Source: Parcubacteria group bacterium M10-OD1-1
Lineage (GTDB): Bacteria > Patescibacteriota > Minisyncoccia > Moranbacterales > UBA2206
DNA length: 64,000 bases
Reading direction: 5' to 3'
NCBI GenBank assembly: GCA_003056145.1
Contig: LSNL01000003.1
Coordinates: 73,993-137,992 of the forward strand
Shown here: piece after piece, positions 43,138 to 52,121 of the stretch
Numbering within the stretch: position 1 is the stretch's first letter
How the letters are laid out: each line of letters begins with the position of its first letter
Notes under the pieces: generated by a model
Told to the model about the DNA's origin: nothing
What the model saw: only the letters and a program-made list of their open reading frames with translations
Database searches by the model: none
Made by a program: the position numbers and the translations under genes

Positions 43138-44034
43138 ATGACTGAAATGAAGAAGGCTGACATTAAAGTAGGATTTTTATGTAATAATAATTGCTTTTTT
43201 TGTGTCCAGGGACATAAAAAAATTTTTGGTAATAAAACAACTAGAGAAATTAAAGCTTCTATAAAGGAAGCTAGAAAAGATTGTGAAATAGTCGTTTTTA
43301 CTGGAGGAGAGCCAACTATTAGAGAGGATATTTTAGAATTGGTGAGTTTTGCTAAAAATTTAAAATTTAAAATTATTCAAATTCAATCAAATGGTAGAAT
43401 GTTTGCTTATAAAGATTTCTGCCAAAAAATAGTTAACGCTGGAGCTAACGAGTTCGCTTTAGCTTTACATGGACATAAAGCTGATTTACATAATTATTTG
43501 ACCCAACAAAATAGTTTCCTTCAAGTGGTTAAAGGAATTAATAATCTTAAAAAAATGAATCAATCAGTGATAATGAATACTGTGATTGTAAAGTCTAATT
43601 ACAGATATCTTCCAGAAATTACAAAACTTCTTATCGGACTTAATGTGGATCAGATTCAATTTGCTTTTGTCCATGCTCTTGGTGCAGCGAAAGATAATTT
43701 TGACAAAGTAATCCCTAGAATTAGCCTGGTTATTCCTTTCCTTGTAAAATCTTTAAAATTAGGTACTCGTTTTAATAAGAAAATAATGGTGGAGGCTATT
43801 CCCCCTTGTTTTTTAAAAGATTTTCAAGAACATATTTCTGAAAATAGTATGCCAGAAATGAAAATTTTTGATTTGGATAATATTGTAGATAATTTTAAAG
43901 AAGCTAGAATAGTAGAAGGAAAAATGAAAAATACAAAATGTAAAAAATGTACTTTATTTTCAGTGTGTGAAGGTCCATGGAAAGAATATCCAGAAAGATT
44001 TGGTTGGGACGAATTTAAGCCAGTAATAAAATAA
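43138..44034 (+). CDS. Radical SAM protein (HxsC-like group)
   Basis: CNNNCFFC, TGGEPT, QSNGR, IPPC and C-terminal CKKCTLFSVC. Confidence 0.88.
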   Translation: MTEMKKADIKVGFLCNNNCFFCVQGHKKIFGNKTTREIKASIKEARKDCEIVVFTGGEPTIREDILELVSFAKNLKFKIIQIQSNGRMFAYKDFCQKIVNAGANEFALALHGHKADLHNYLTQQNSFLQVVKGINNLKKMNQSVIMNTVIVKSNYRYLPEITKLLIGLNVDQIQFAFVHALGAAKDNFDKVIPRISLVIPFLVKSLKLGTRFNKKIMVEAIPPCFLKDFQEHISENSMPEMKIFDLDNIVDNFKEARIVEGKMKNTKCKKCTLFSVCEGPWKEYPERFGWDEFKPVIK

Positions 44035-44036
44035 AA

Positions 44037-45170
44037 ATGAAAAAGGAGAAGTTAAAATTAAAAGACACTATTGCTAAAGAAAAACGTCATTGGGTGAGAA
44101 TTACTAACTCTTGCAATAATAATTGTCTTTTTTGCTTAGACAAGGAAAATCAAGATGGAACTTTTGTTTCTTTTCAAGAAATTGTAAAAGAGTTTAAGAA
44201 AGGACTATCGCTGGGTGCAAAGCGGGTTATTATTTCTGGGGGAGATCCAACGATTCATCCTGATATTTTTAAAATTATCAAAAAAGCTAATTCAATAGGT
44301 TATAGTCATGTACAGATGATAAGTAATGGGAGAATGTTAGCTTATGGTGATTTTGCAAAAAAACTGAAAGAAGCAGGTTTAGATGAAATTACTATATCAA
44401 TGCATAGCCATATTAAAGAAAAGTTAGAGAAAATGACTCAAATAAAAGGGAGTTATGATCAAGCAATGAGGGGGCTTATAAATGCTTTGAAATATAAATT
44501 TATTGTGAGTGTGGATATTGTTATAAATAAAATAAATTATAAAACATTAGGAGACTCATTGAAATTCTTTATAAAATTAGGTGTTTCTGAATTTGATTTA
44601 TTATATGTAATCCCTTTTGGGAGTGCTTGGAAAAATAGAAAAAAACTTTTTTTTTCACCAGAAAAAGCCAAGGACTATCTAGATAAAGCATTTGAGTTAT
44701 CAGATAATCCAGATTTATTTATTTGGACCAATAGATTACCAGCTATTTTTTTAGAGGGCTACGAACATTTAATTCAAAACCCCATTAAGCTTAAAGATGA
44801 AGTTAATGGAACGCAAAAAGAATTTGAAGCATATATATTTAATAATAAAGAAAGGAATTGCAAAGGAGAGAGATGCAAATATTGTTTTATGAAAGATTTC
44901 TGTAGTGATTTGGAAGCTATTAAAAAAGAAGGCAAGTTAACTTCAAAAACTGAACCTATTTGTATATCAAAAAAAAAGGTAAAAAAATATACATTCAAAC
45001 TGGATAAAAAGTTTGATGTATATAATTTTCTAGATTTTTATATTCAGCATCGATATTTTGTAAAAAGTTTAAGATGTACTAATTGTCGTTATAATAATAA
45101 TTGTTCTGGTGCTCACATTGAAAAAATTAGAAAGGAAGGATTTAAAATTTTAAAACCAATTAAAGAATAA
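44037..45170 (+). CDS. Radical SAM protein with two C-terminal Cys clusters (HxsC-like group)
   Basis: CNNNCLFC and SGGDPT; CKGERCKYCFMKDFC and CTNCRYNNNC. Confidence 0.88.
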   Translation: MKKEKLKLKDTIAKEKRHWVRITNSCNNNCLFCLDKENQDGTFVSFQEIVKEFKKGLSLGAKRVIISGGDPTIHPDIFKIIKKANSIGYSHVQMISNGRMLAYGDFAKKLKEAGLDEITISMHSHIKEKLEKMTQIKGSYDQAMRGLINALKYKFIVSVDIVINKINYKTLGDSLKFFIKLGVSEFDLLYVIPFGSAWKNRKKLFFSPEKAKDYLDKAFELSDNPDLFIWTNRLPAIFLEGYEHLIQNPIKLKDEVNGTQKEFEAYIFNNKERNCKGERCKYCFMKDFCSDLEAIKKEGKLTSKTEPICISKKKVKKYTFKLDKKFDVYNFLDFYIQHRYFVKSLRCTNCRYNNNCSGAHIEKIRKEGFKILKPIKE

Positions 45171-45274
45171 TTGCGGAATAAGAAATCAATACTAAATTCA
45201 GAGTTAGTTAATTATATAAAGTATGCTAAAAAGTTAAAATACAAAAATATTATTAATTTTCTTGATTATTATAT

Positions 45275-47068
45275 ATGAAAATAAAAAATTGTCATAAGGA
45301 TGAGAAAACATTTAAGTGTGAAAATCCTAAGATTACGCTAAGCAAGCTAGAAAAAGCGTTTGATGAATTAGGATTAGATGTTGAATATACAGGGAGAGTT
45401 TTTTGTAAGGACACTTTATATTCCGGGTCTCTTATAATTCCTTCATTAAATTATATTGTTAATGGAAAGGGTATCTCTTATGAACTTGCTAAGGCTAGTG
45501 CCTATTCAGAAATGGCCGAGAGAATTTCTTGTGGATTTTTTAATTTTTTTCCAGTAAAAAATCAGAGTAAAAAAAACTTAATTGATAAGAAAAAACTATT
45601 TGATTTTTACTACTTTTCTTATCAAAAAGGTTATAGACATGGGCGGCAAAGCTTATTTGAGAATTCTCTAAAGATTGAAAATATATTTAAAAAACAAGGG
45701 TTATCCAAAAAAGAAGTAGAAAAAATAAAAAAAAGTGAAGTGGCTCAGCATTGGGTAAATGGATATTCTCTATCTAGACAGAAAAATATAAAGGTCCCGT
45801 TGAGATTGATTCATCGAATTTCTGGGACCAATGGTTTAGCGTCTGGTAACACACTTGAAGAAGCTATTGTTCATGGAGCTAATGAAGTTTTTGAGAGATT
45901 TATTTTATTTAAAGTCGTAAAGGAAAAAAAGATTTTACCTACGATCAGAATTTCTTCAATAAAAGATGGTTTTATTCTGAAAATAATAAAATACTTTAAG
46001 AAAAATAATATTGATATAATAATCAAGGATTGCTCTTCAGATGGACATATTCCGTGTATAGGAATTTTATTTATTAATAATAATATTAGGAATAGCAAAA
46101 ATTCAGTAGAAAAAAAGACAAAGTATTTAAGGTGGTATACGGAGGTATCGTTTAATTATAAAGAAGCAATTATCAGATGCTTCACCTCATATACGCAAGG
46201 AATATCAAAAGTGACTGATTTAAAAAAATCAAAAAGTATGGAAGTTCTTTGGAAAGAATGGTTCAGTGAGTTTCCTTTAAAGTCTAATGACAATAAAAAA
46301 TACAGCTATTTATCTAAAAAAAATTTTTATGAAGGTGATTTAGGATTTCTTAAAAAAGGTGGAAAAGTTAGTATAAAAAATATCCAGGAAGGTAAAGAGA
46401 CTAACGATTGCGTTGAAGAAATTAATAAAATAAAATCAATTTGTAAATTTTTAGGTACGGAATTAATTGTTATTGACCAGACTCATCCAGTTTTGAATTT
46501 TCCTGCAGTTAGAATTATTATTCCAGGGGTATCTGATGAAATGAATGCTGAGTATAAAGATAAATTTGATATTGAGAGAATAACTTTGCCGATAGAAAAA
46601 TATTGGACAAAAGAATTTTATGATTTTATTATAAGTAGTAAATGGACAAAAACAAATCAAGGAATAAAAAGTTTGATTGTAGAGATAGAAAAATATATAG
46701 TCACTTTTCCTTTTAATTTTGTTATACAAACATCAGGAGTAGGTAACAGAACTATTAATTTATTTGAATTACTTTTGTCGCTCTATATTAAAATAGGAGG
46801 AGATATTAAATTGGTAAACTGTTTAAATGTTTTGTCAGGATTATATCCGGACGAAGAAAAATTATATAAAACTTTACGTACTTTGGCTACTTCTAATAAG
46901 ATAAAAGAAATGAAAGAAGTTTTGAAACAAACAAGAGGTTGTTACCGGTTTATGCTTAGCCAAGGAAATAATAATCCTTTTATTAATTGGTGCGATAAAT
47001 CATGTGAAAATAGGTGTGTTAGAAATTTTGAAATTAATCTTAAAAAACTTCTTAAAAGTTTTTATTAA
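45275..47068 (+). CDS. YcaO family protein
   Basis: NGKG...AKASAYSEMAER, TNGLASGNTLEEAIVHGANEVFER, FPAVRIIIPG. Confidence 0.9.
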   Translation: MKIKNCHKDEKTFKCENPKITLSKLEKAFDELGLDVEYTGRVFCKDTLYSGSLIIPSLNYIVNGKGISYELAKASAYSEMAERISCGFFNFFPVKNQSKKNLIDKKKLFDFYYFSYQKGYRHGRQSLFENSLKIENIFKKQGLSKKEVEKIKKSEVAQHWVNGYSLSRQKNIKVPLRLIHRISGTNGLASGNTLEEAIVHGANEVFERFILFKVVKEKKILPTIRISSIKDGFILKIIKYFKKNNIDIIIKDCSSDGHIPCIGILFINNNIRNSKNSVEKKTKYLRWYTEVSFNYKEAIIRCFTSYTQGISKVTDLKKSKSMEVLWKEWFSEFPLKSNDNKKYSYLSKKNFYEGDLGFLKKGGKVSIKNIQEGKETNDCVEEINKIKSICKFLGTELIVIDQTHPVLNFPAVRIIIPGVSDEMNAEYKDKFDIERITLPIEKYWTKEFYDFIISSKWTKTNQGIKSLIVEIEKYIVTFPFNFVIQTSGVGNRTINLFELLLSLYIKIGGDIKLVNCLNVLSGLYPDEEKLYKTLRTLATSNKIKEMKEVLKQTRGCYRFMLSQGNNNPFINWCDKSCENRCVRNFEINLKKLLKSFY

Positions 47069-47082
47069 AAATAAAAAATAAT

Positions 47083-48018
47083 ATGGCAAAAATAGGATAT
47101 ATCCAAGTAACTCGTACTTGTAATCAAAAATGTATAATTTGTTCTAATCCTCCTAATGAAAAAGTGTTAAGTCTACAAACAGCCAAACTGGAAATAGATA
47201 AATTAAAAAATAATGGTTGCACAGGAGTTATTCTTACAGGAGGAGAACCAACTCTTTATGAGAAATTACCAGAGCTAATTAGATATAGCTTTAAGAAAAA
47301 TATTTTTCCTAGAATTATTACTAATGGGCAAAAAATAGCTAAGCTAAGATATTTAAAAACTCTTCAACGAGCTGGATTAAAACATATACATCTTTCTATT
47401 TTTTCTTATCAAAGTAAAATTCAAGCTAAAATTTCTCAGAATAATCATTCACTTTATAATATAAAAAGGGCTTTAGACAACTTAAACAAAGTAGAAGGCA
47501 TAACCGTTGATGTTAATACGGCTATTAGTAAATATAATGCTAATCATTTATCTAAAACGGTTCAATGGATTGTAAAAAATTATCCTTTTATAAATCATTT
47601 TGTATTTAATAATCTAGATCCTTATATGAATAGAGCCATGAAGAATCCTCAGATAATTCCCACTCTTAATGATTTTGAATTAGAGCTACACAGAGCTTTA
47701 AGTTTTTTAGAAAAAAATAAAAAAACTTTTCGAGTTGAGAAAGTCCCGTTGTGTTATTTGACGGACTATGAGCATGTTTCTACAGAAACTCGAAAAATTG
47801 TTAAGAAAGAGAGCAGAACAGTGTATTTTTTAGATGAGAAGAAGAGAGTAACTCAAAAAAGCTGGTTTTCTAGAAAAACAGATGACTGTCAACAATGTTC
47901 TTTGAAAAATATTTGTTCAGGATTGTATGCTATTGGGGGTTTTTATAAAGAGACAGAATTATATGCTGTCTTTGAAGATCCGAAAAAAATAATTAAAAAA
48001 ATTAGACAAAACCAATGA
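47083..48018 (+). CDS. Radical SAM protein (HxsC-like group)
   Basis: CNQKCIIC, TGGEPT, ITNG, VPLC, CQQCSLKNIC. Confidence 0.88.
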   Translation: MAKIGYIQVTRTCNQKCIICSNPPNEKVLSLQTAKLEIDKLKNNGCTGVILTGGEPTLYEKLPELIRYSFKKNIFPRIITNGQKIAKLRYLKTLQRAGLKHIHLSIFSYQSKIQAKISQNNHSLYNIKRALDNLNKVEGITVDVNTAISKYNANHLSKTVQWIVKNYPFINHFVFNNLDPYMNRAMKNPQIIPTLNDFELELHRALSFLEKNKKTFRVEKVPLCYLTDYEHVSTETRKIVKKESRTVYFLDEKKRVTQKSWFSRKTDDCQQCSLKNICSGLYAIGGFYKETELYAVFEDPKKIIKKIRQNQ

Positions 48019-48965
48019 TTTTTAATTATTTATTTCTGGGAGTAATTTTATTAGTTAGTTTGGTAATTTGTTGGGAAGACATTCAGCATAAAAAAATTAG
48101 AAACAAATTAATTCTAATTGGTTTGCTCTTAGGCGCTATTTTATTCGGAGGCTCATATTTTTTAGGATGGATTAATAATTATTATTTAAAAGTTGTTTTC
48201 TTTAACACTGTAATTGCGATAGTAGTTAGTTTTTTAATTTGGAAAATGGGATTTTGGCCAGCTGGAGATAGCAAATATTTTATATTGATAGCTTTTCTTT
48301 TACCAATACATTATTATAATAAGTCATACTTGGAATATTTTCCTTCTTTTATCTTATTAGTGAATATATTTATTTTATTCGTAGGAATTATTTTAGTTAA
48401 AGTAATATATTTTAACTCAAGAAGTTTTATAATCTTTTCAGCCAAAACAAACAGAGGAGAGCTTAAGCAAAAATTTTTTCAAGTAGTGAATACTCTTATA
48501 GTCAATATGCAAAATGTAAGTAACTGGAAAAAATGGGGGAAGGGGATGCTATTAGGGGGAATGATGTATTTTATTCTAAGTTTTTTTATTTATAAACGGA
48601 GTATTGATTTAGTGCCTTTCTTTATATATTCAACGGCCTTTGGCTTATTTGATGTTATTTTTAATTTTTACAATCAATCATTTGCTAAAAAATCTATAGA
48701 CATTATTAATTTACAGCCAAAAATGAATTTAGCTGATGAGTTTCCAAGCGATTTAAAAAAAGATAAAGAAAGAATAGAGAAAATTGGGAAATTAAGGCCA
48801 GACGGATTAGATAAACAACAGGTAAGAGTTATTAAAGAATACTATATCAGTAAAGACTTGAAGCAGATTTATATTTATAAAACAATTCCTTTTTCAATCT
48901 GGATATTTATTGGTACGGTAATAACAATAATTTTTCAAAGAAATATTATCCAGATTATTTTATAA
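48015..48965 (+). CDS. A24 family prepilin/preflagellin-type aspartic peptidase
   Basis: Multi-TM; first Asp in WEDIQHKKIRN, second in WPAGDSK (GxGD variant); C-terminal IPFSIWIFIG. Confidence 0.78.
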   Translation: MIFNYLFLGVILLVSLVICWEDIQHKKIRNKLILIGLLLGAILFGGSYFLGWINNYYLKVVFFNTVIAIVVSFLIWKMGFWPAGDSKYFILIAFLLPIHYYNKSYLEYFPSFILLVNIFILFVGIILVKVIYFNSRSFIIFSAKTNRGELKQKFFQVVNTLIVNMQNVSNWKKWGKGMLLGGMMYFILSFFIYKRSIDLVPFFIYSTAFGLFDVIFNFYNQSFAKKSIDIINLQPKMNLADEFPSDLKKDKERIEKIGKLRPDGLDKQQVRVIKEYYISKDLKQIYIYKTIPFSIWIFIGTVITIIFQRNIIQIIL

Positions 48966-48980
48966 TATTTTCAAAAAAAG

Positions 48981-50576
48981 ATGAAATATTTTCAAGATTT
49001 TTTTTGGTTTAAAATGGGAATAGCTATTTTAACATCCTTTTTATACTTCTTTTCTTTTCCTGGCAATTTTAATGCGGGTTTGTTGTCATTTATCGCGTTA
49101 ATACCTTTCTTTTGGTCAATTACAAAAATTAAAAAATATTGGCAAGGAGCATTGTTGTCTTTCGTAGTTTTTTTTCTAGCTTTTTTATTAATTACTAATT
49201 GTTTCATAAAAATTAATATTATAATCTGGATAGTTGTAAGCTTAATATATTCTTTAATATATTATATCCCCTTAGGTTTAGCATTAGTTTATTTTAACAG
49301 AAAATATCAGGCTTATAATATTATAAATTATCCAGCTGTGTTCATTCTAATAGAATGGTCTAGGAGTTTTGGTATATTAGCTTTGCCCTTTGGAAATATT
49401 TCTAGTTCACTTTATCGGTACCCTTACCTCATTCAAATAGCTGCATTTCTCGGTGAATATTCGGTAAGTTTCTTGATTGTTATAGTCAATGTATCTTTAA
49501 TGGTAGTATTAAAATTTCTGCTAACACATAAAAAATTACTTAAAATAGAAAAAATTTTATTAACATTAGCTATAAGTATATTCATTCTTAATTTATTTAT
49601 TGGTATTTTTGAAATTAAGAAAAATCATCCTGAAATTGAAAGGAAAAGTATTAATGTGCTAGTCATAAATCCAAAAATAAAAAGTGATATTGGATCTGGT
49701 ATGAATAAAAAAGAGCTCGCAGATTATTCAGATGCACGTCTTAACTCAGTTATTAAATTGACCAATGATGCTATGAATAAGATTAGTTCTAATGTTGACT
49801 TAGTTATTTGGGGAGAGGCGACTATTATGAATGATGTTTTTTGGAAATATAAAAATGAGGGAGTTAACTATTATCCATCAAATAATGCAATAAAACTTAA
49901 ACAGTTTATTGCTCGGAAAGGGGTACCAGTTTTGCTAGGGGGCTATGTGTTCGAACTTAAACATGGTAAGATGATTTTTTTAAACAGCTCGGTACTTATA
50001 AATTCTAGCGGAGTGATTAAGCAGACTTACGAGAAAAATAAACTTATTATTTTTGGGGAGTATATTCCTAGTTATTTAAGATTTTTAATTCCTTATGCTA
50101 AGAAAATGGATCTTAAATCTAGACTGATATCTAAGAGTAGAACTGTCTTTAATATTGATGGTTTTAAGATAGTAACTCCCATATGTTTTGAAAATGGTTT
50201 TAACTCTTATCTGCGGGATTTATTGCGATCTGGAGATGTGGATTTAATCGCTAATATATCTGATGATAGTGTTTTTCGTAGCCAGTTTGAAGCTAGACAG
50301 CATTTTGCTGCTAATGTTTTCAGAGCAATAGAAAATCGAACAAATGTAGTGGAAGTTTCTAATTTTGGTATTAATGGAAAAATATCTAAGTATGGAATTA
50401 TCAGTAAAGACACTTCTTCTCAAGAAGGATATCTCTTGATAAATTTTAAAAAAAAAGAAGGAAAAATATTTACAACATTCTCAAAGTATGGTAATCTAAT
50501 AGTAGGAATTATAATTGTTAGTTATGTAATAGTTTTATTGATGATGTTTATTAACTTTTTTATTTCTAATAAATAA
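48981..50576 (+). CDS. lnt: Apolipoprotein N-acyltransferase (Lnt)-like protein
   Basis: N-terminal TM block with EWSRS. Nitrilase triad WGE / YEKNKLIIFGEYIP / ICFE, and RAIENR. Confidence 0.85.
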   Translation: MKYFQDFFWFKMGIAILTSFLYFFSFPGNFNAGLLSFIALIPFFWSITKIKKYWQGALLSFVVFFLAFLLITNCFIKINIIIWIVVSLIYSLIYYIPLGLALVYFNRKYQAYNIINYPAVFILIEWSRSFGILALPFGNISSSLYRYPYLIQIAAFLGEYSVSFLIVIVNVSLMVVLKFLLTHKKLLKIEKILLTLAISIFILNLFIGIFEIKKNHPEIERKSINVLVINPKIKSDIGSGMNKKELADYSDARLNSVIKLTNDAMNKISSNVDLVIWGEATIMNDVFWKYKNEGVNYYPSNNAIKLKQFIARKGVPVLLGGYVFELKHGKMIFLNSSVLINSSGVIKQTYEKNKLIIFGEYIPSYLRFLIPYAKKMDLKSRLISKSRTVFNIDGFKIVTPICFENGFNSYLRDLLRSGDVDLIANISDDSVFRSQFEARQHFAANVFRAIENRTNVVEVSNFGINGKISKYGIISKDTSSQEGYLLINFKKKEGKIFTTFSKYGNLIVGIIIVSYVIVLLMMFINFFISNK

Positions 50577-50598
50577 TTATTTTTTTTGATCTAAACTA

Positions 50599-51279
50599 AT
50601 GAATAAATTTATTCCTAGGGCAGTCATTTATTTAGGTTTATTTTGTCTGTTAATTGGGATTAGTTTTTTCCCTAATGTTGCGTTGGGTATTGGACCACCA
50701 CCACCACCACCACCAGTAACTCATACTGATAGATTTGTATGTGCTCCTGACGGTCAGACACCTGTTGTTATATTAAAATCATACGAAAGTGGGGTTGATT
50801 ATAATTTGTCGGTATGTGCTCCGGGTCCATTTTTAAATGCTACTGCATGTTACAATCAAGATGACCATGTGTATACTTGTGCGCTATCTTCATCAGATTA
50901 TGATAGCCAAGACAATGAATGCAAATCGGTTGATTTTGATTATACTCCTGTCGTAGCTTCAAGTTGCTCTGGAATCGATAAGTTTACTTGTAATGCTGGA
51001 TATACATATAGTAGCGGTACCTGTTGGTCAGCTTGGACCCCTTTGGCTAGTACAGTATGCTTGGGAGTTTCTTTTACTCAAACAAGAACGGATGGTTACG
51101 GAGATATACAAACACAAACTGCCGTTGGTACTAAAACTAGTTCAATTTGGACACCACCTGAAGATACCGTTTGCAATGGACGTATTTTTCAACAGGTAGG
51201 TGACTGCGGGGACCTAAAAGTAACAAAATCAGTAGGTACTAGAAGTTGTGGCTGGAGAGAAGTGAATCCATCTTTCTAA
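50599..51279 (+). CDS. Secreted Cys-rich protein with poly-Pro linker
   Basis: Signal peptide, P7 run (cca repeats), two WTP...TVC.G..F.Q....G....VGT repeats, C-terminal WREVNP. Confidence 0.75.
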   Translation: MNKFIPRAVIYLGLFCLLIGISFFPNVALGIGPPPPPPPVTHTDRFVCAPDGQTPVVILKSYESGVDYNLSVCAPGPFLNATACYNQDDHVYTCALSSSDYDSQDNECKSVDFDYTPVVASSCSGIDKFTCNAGYTYSSGTCWSAWTPLASTVCLGVSFTQTRTDGYGDIQTQTAVGTKTSSIWTPPEDTVCNGRIFQQVGDCGDLKVTKSVGTRSCGWREVNPSF

Positions 51280-51358
51280 TTAAAGCTCTCATTCGTAAAA
51301 GCAGAATAGCTACTCAATATCTGAATTAGTTACAAAATTATTTTTATTCTTTATTTAT

Positions 51359-51862
51359 ATGAAAAATCATCAAAGTATCAAAACTAAAAAAAATCTTAAA
51401 AAAAATGAAATTAGCTTTTTATTGAAGACTGATATTTATCCAAAATATATTATCTATAAAGCTTGTTATACTTTTATTGATCGGGTGTATATTTATTTGG
51501 ATAAACATACTAAAGAAGATATAAAAGTTACTTTAAAGGGTAAAAATAAATTAAAAGATAAGGATATAGATTCATTAAAAGGATTATTCCTTAACGAATT
51601 ATTAAATGTAATTTTAAGAGAAAATATTACCAAAAGGAATAAAAAGATATTAGAGTATATTGTTGGTGGAGCTATTAATGCTTCTTTGGAAAATAATAAA
51701 TTAGTAGAGTTGGAGAATAAAAGTAAAGACCAGCTAGATAAGAAAGAATCAGAAGAAGATATTAATGTTGAAAAAGAGATAGCAATTTTAAAAAAAGAAT
51801 TGGAGAAAATGGAAGAAGAAGATTTTGAAAATGATTCTCTTGGAATTAAAGAAGTCTGTTAG
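51359..51862 (+). CDS. hxsD: His-Xaa-Ser system protein HxsD-like
   Basis: IYP...IYKACYTFIDR and FLNELLNVILRE resemble the HxsD LLNDYxLRE motif. Upstream of the HxsB-like gene. Confidence 0.75.
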   Translation: MKNHQSIKTKKNLKKNEISFLLKTDIYPKYIIYKACYTFIDRVYIYLDKHTKEDIKVTLKGKNKLKDKDIDSLKGLFLNELLNVILRENITKRNKKILEYIVGGAINASLENNKLVELENKSKDQLDKKESEEDINVEKEIAILKKELEKMEEEDFENDSLGIKEVC

Positions 51863-51888
51863 TTTTTAAGTAGATAAAAAAGATAAGG

Positions 51889-52119
51889 ATGAAAAAAAGA
51901 TTAACGAAAAAAATGAAATTTAGTTGCAGTTTATATAGCCAGCAAAGCGTTGAAAAGACCATTGATAATTTTAGAGATGGTAACCAAGATATTGAATTTA
52001 AATTTAAGAGAATTAAAGGATATGTAGAAATAGTAATTAATTATTCAAATTCAAAATTAGTTAACGAAGAATTTATAAATGAATTTTCTAATTATTTATT
52101 ATTTCTTAATATTAAATAA
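51889..52119 (+). CDS. Short HxsD-like protein
   Basis: 76 aa; LYS...V..TI..F and C-terminal EFSNYLL parallel the HxsD pattern. Immediately before hxsB. Confidence 0.55.
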   Translation: MKKRLTKKMKFSCSLYSQQSVEKTIDNFRDGNQDIEFKFKRIKGYVEIVINYSNSKLVNEEFINEFSNYLLFLNIK

Positions 52120-52121
52120 AA

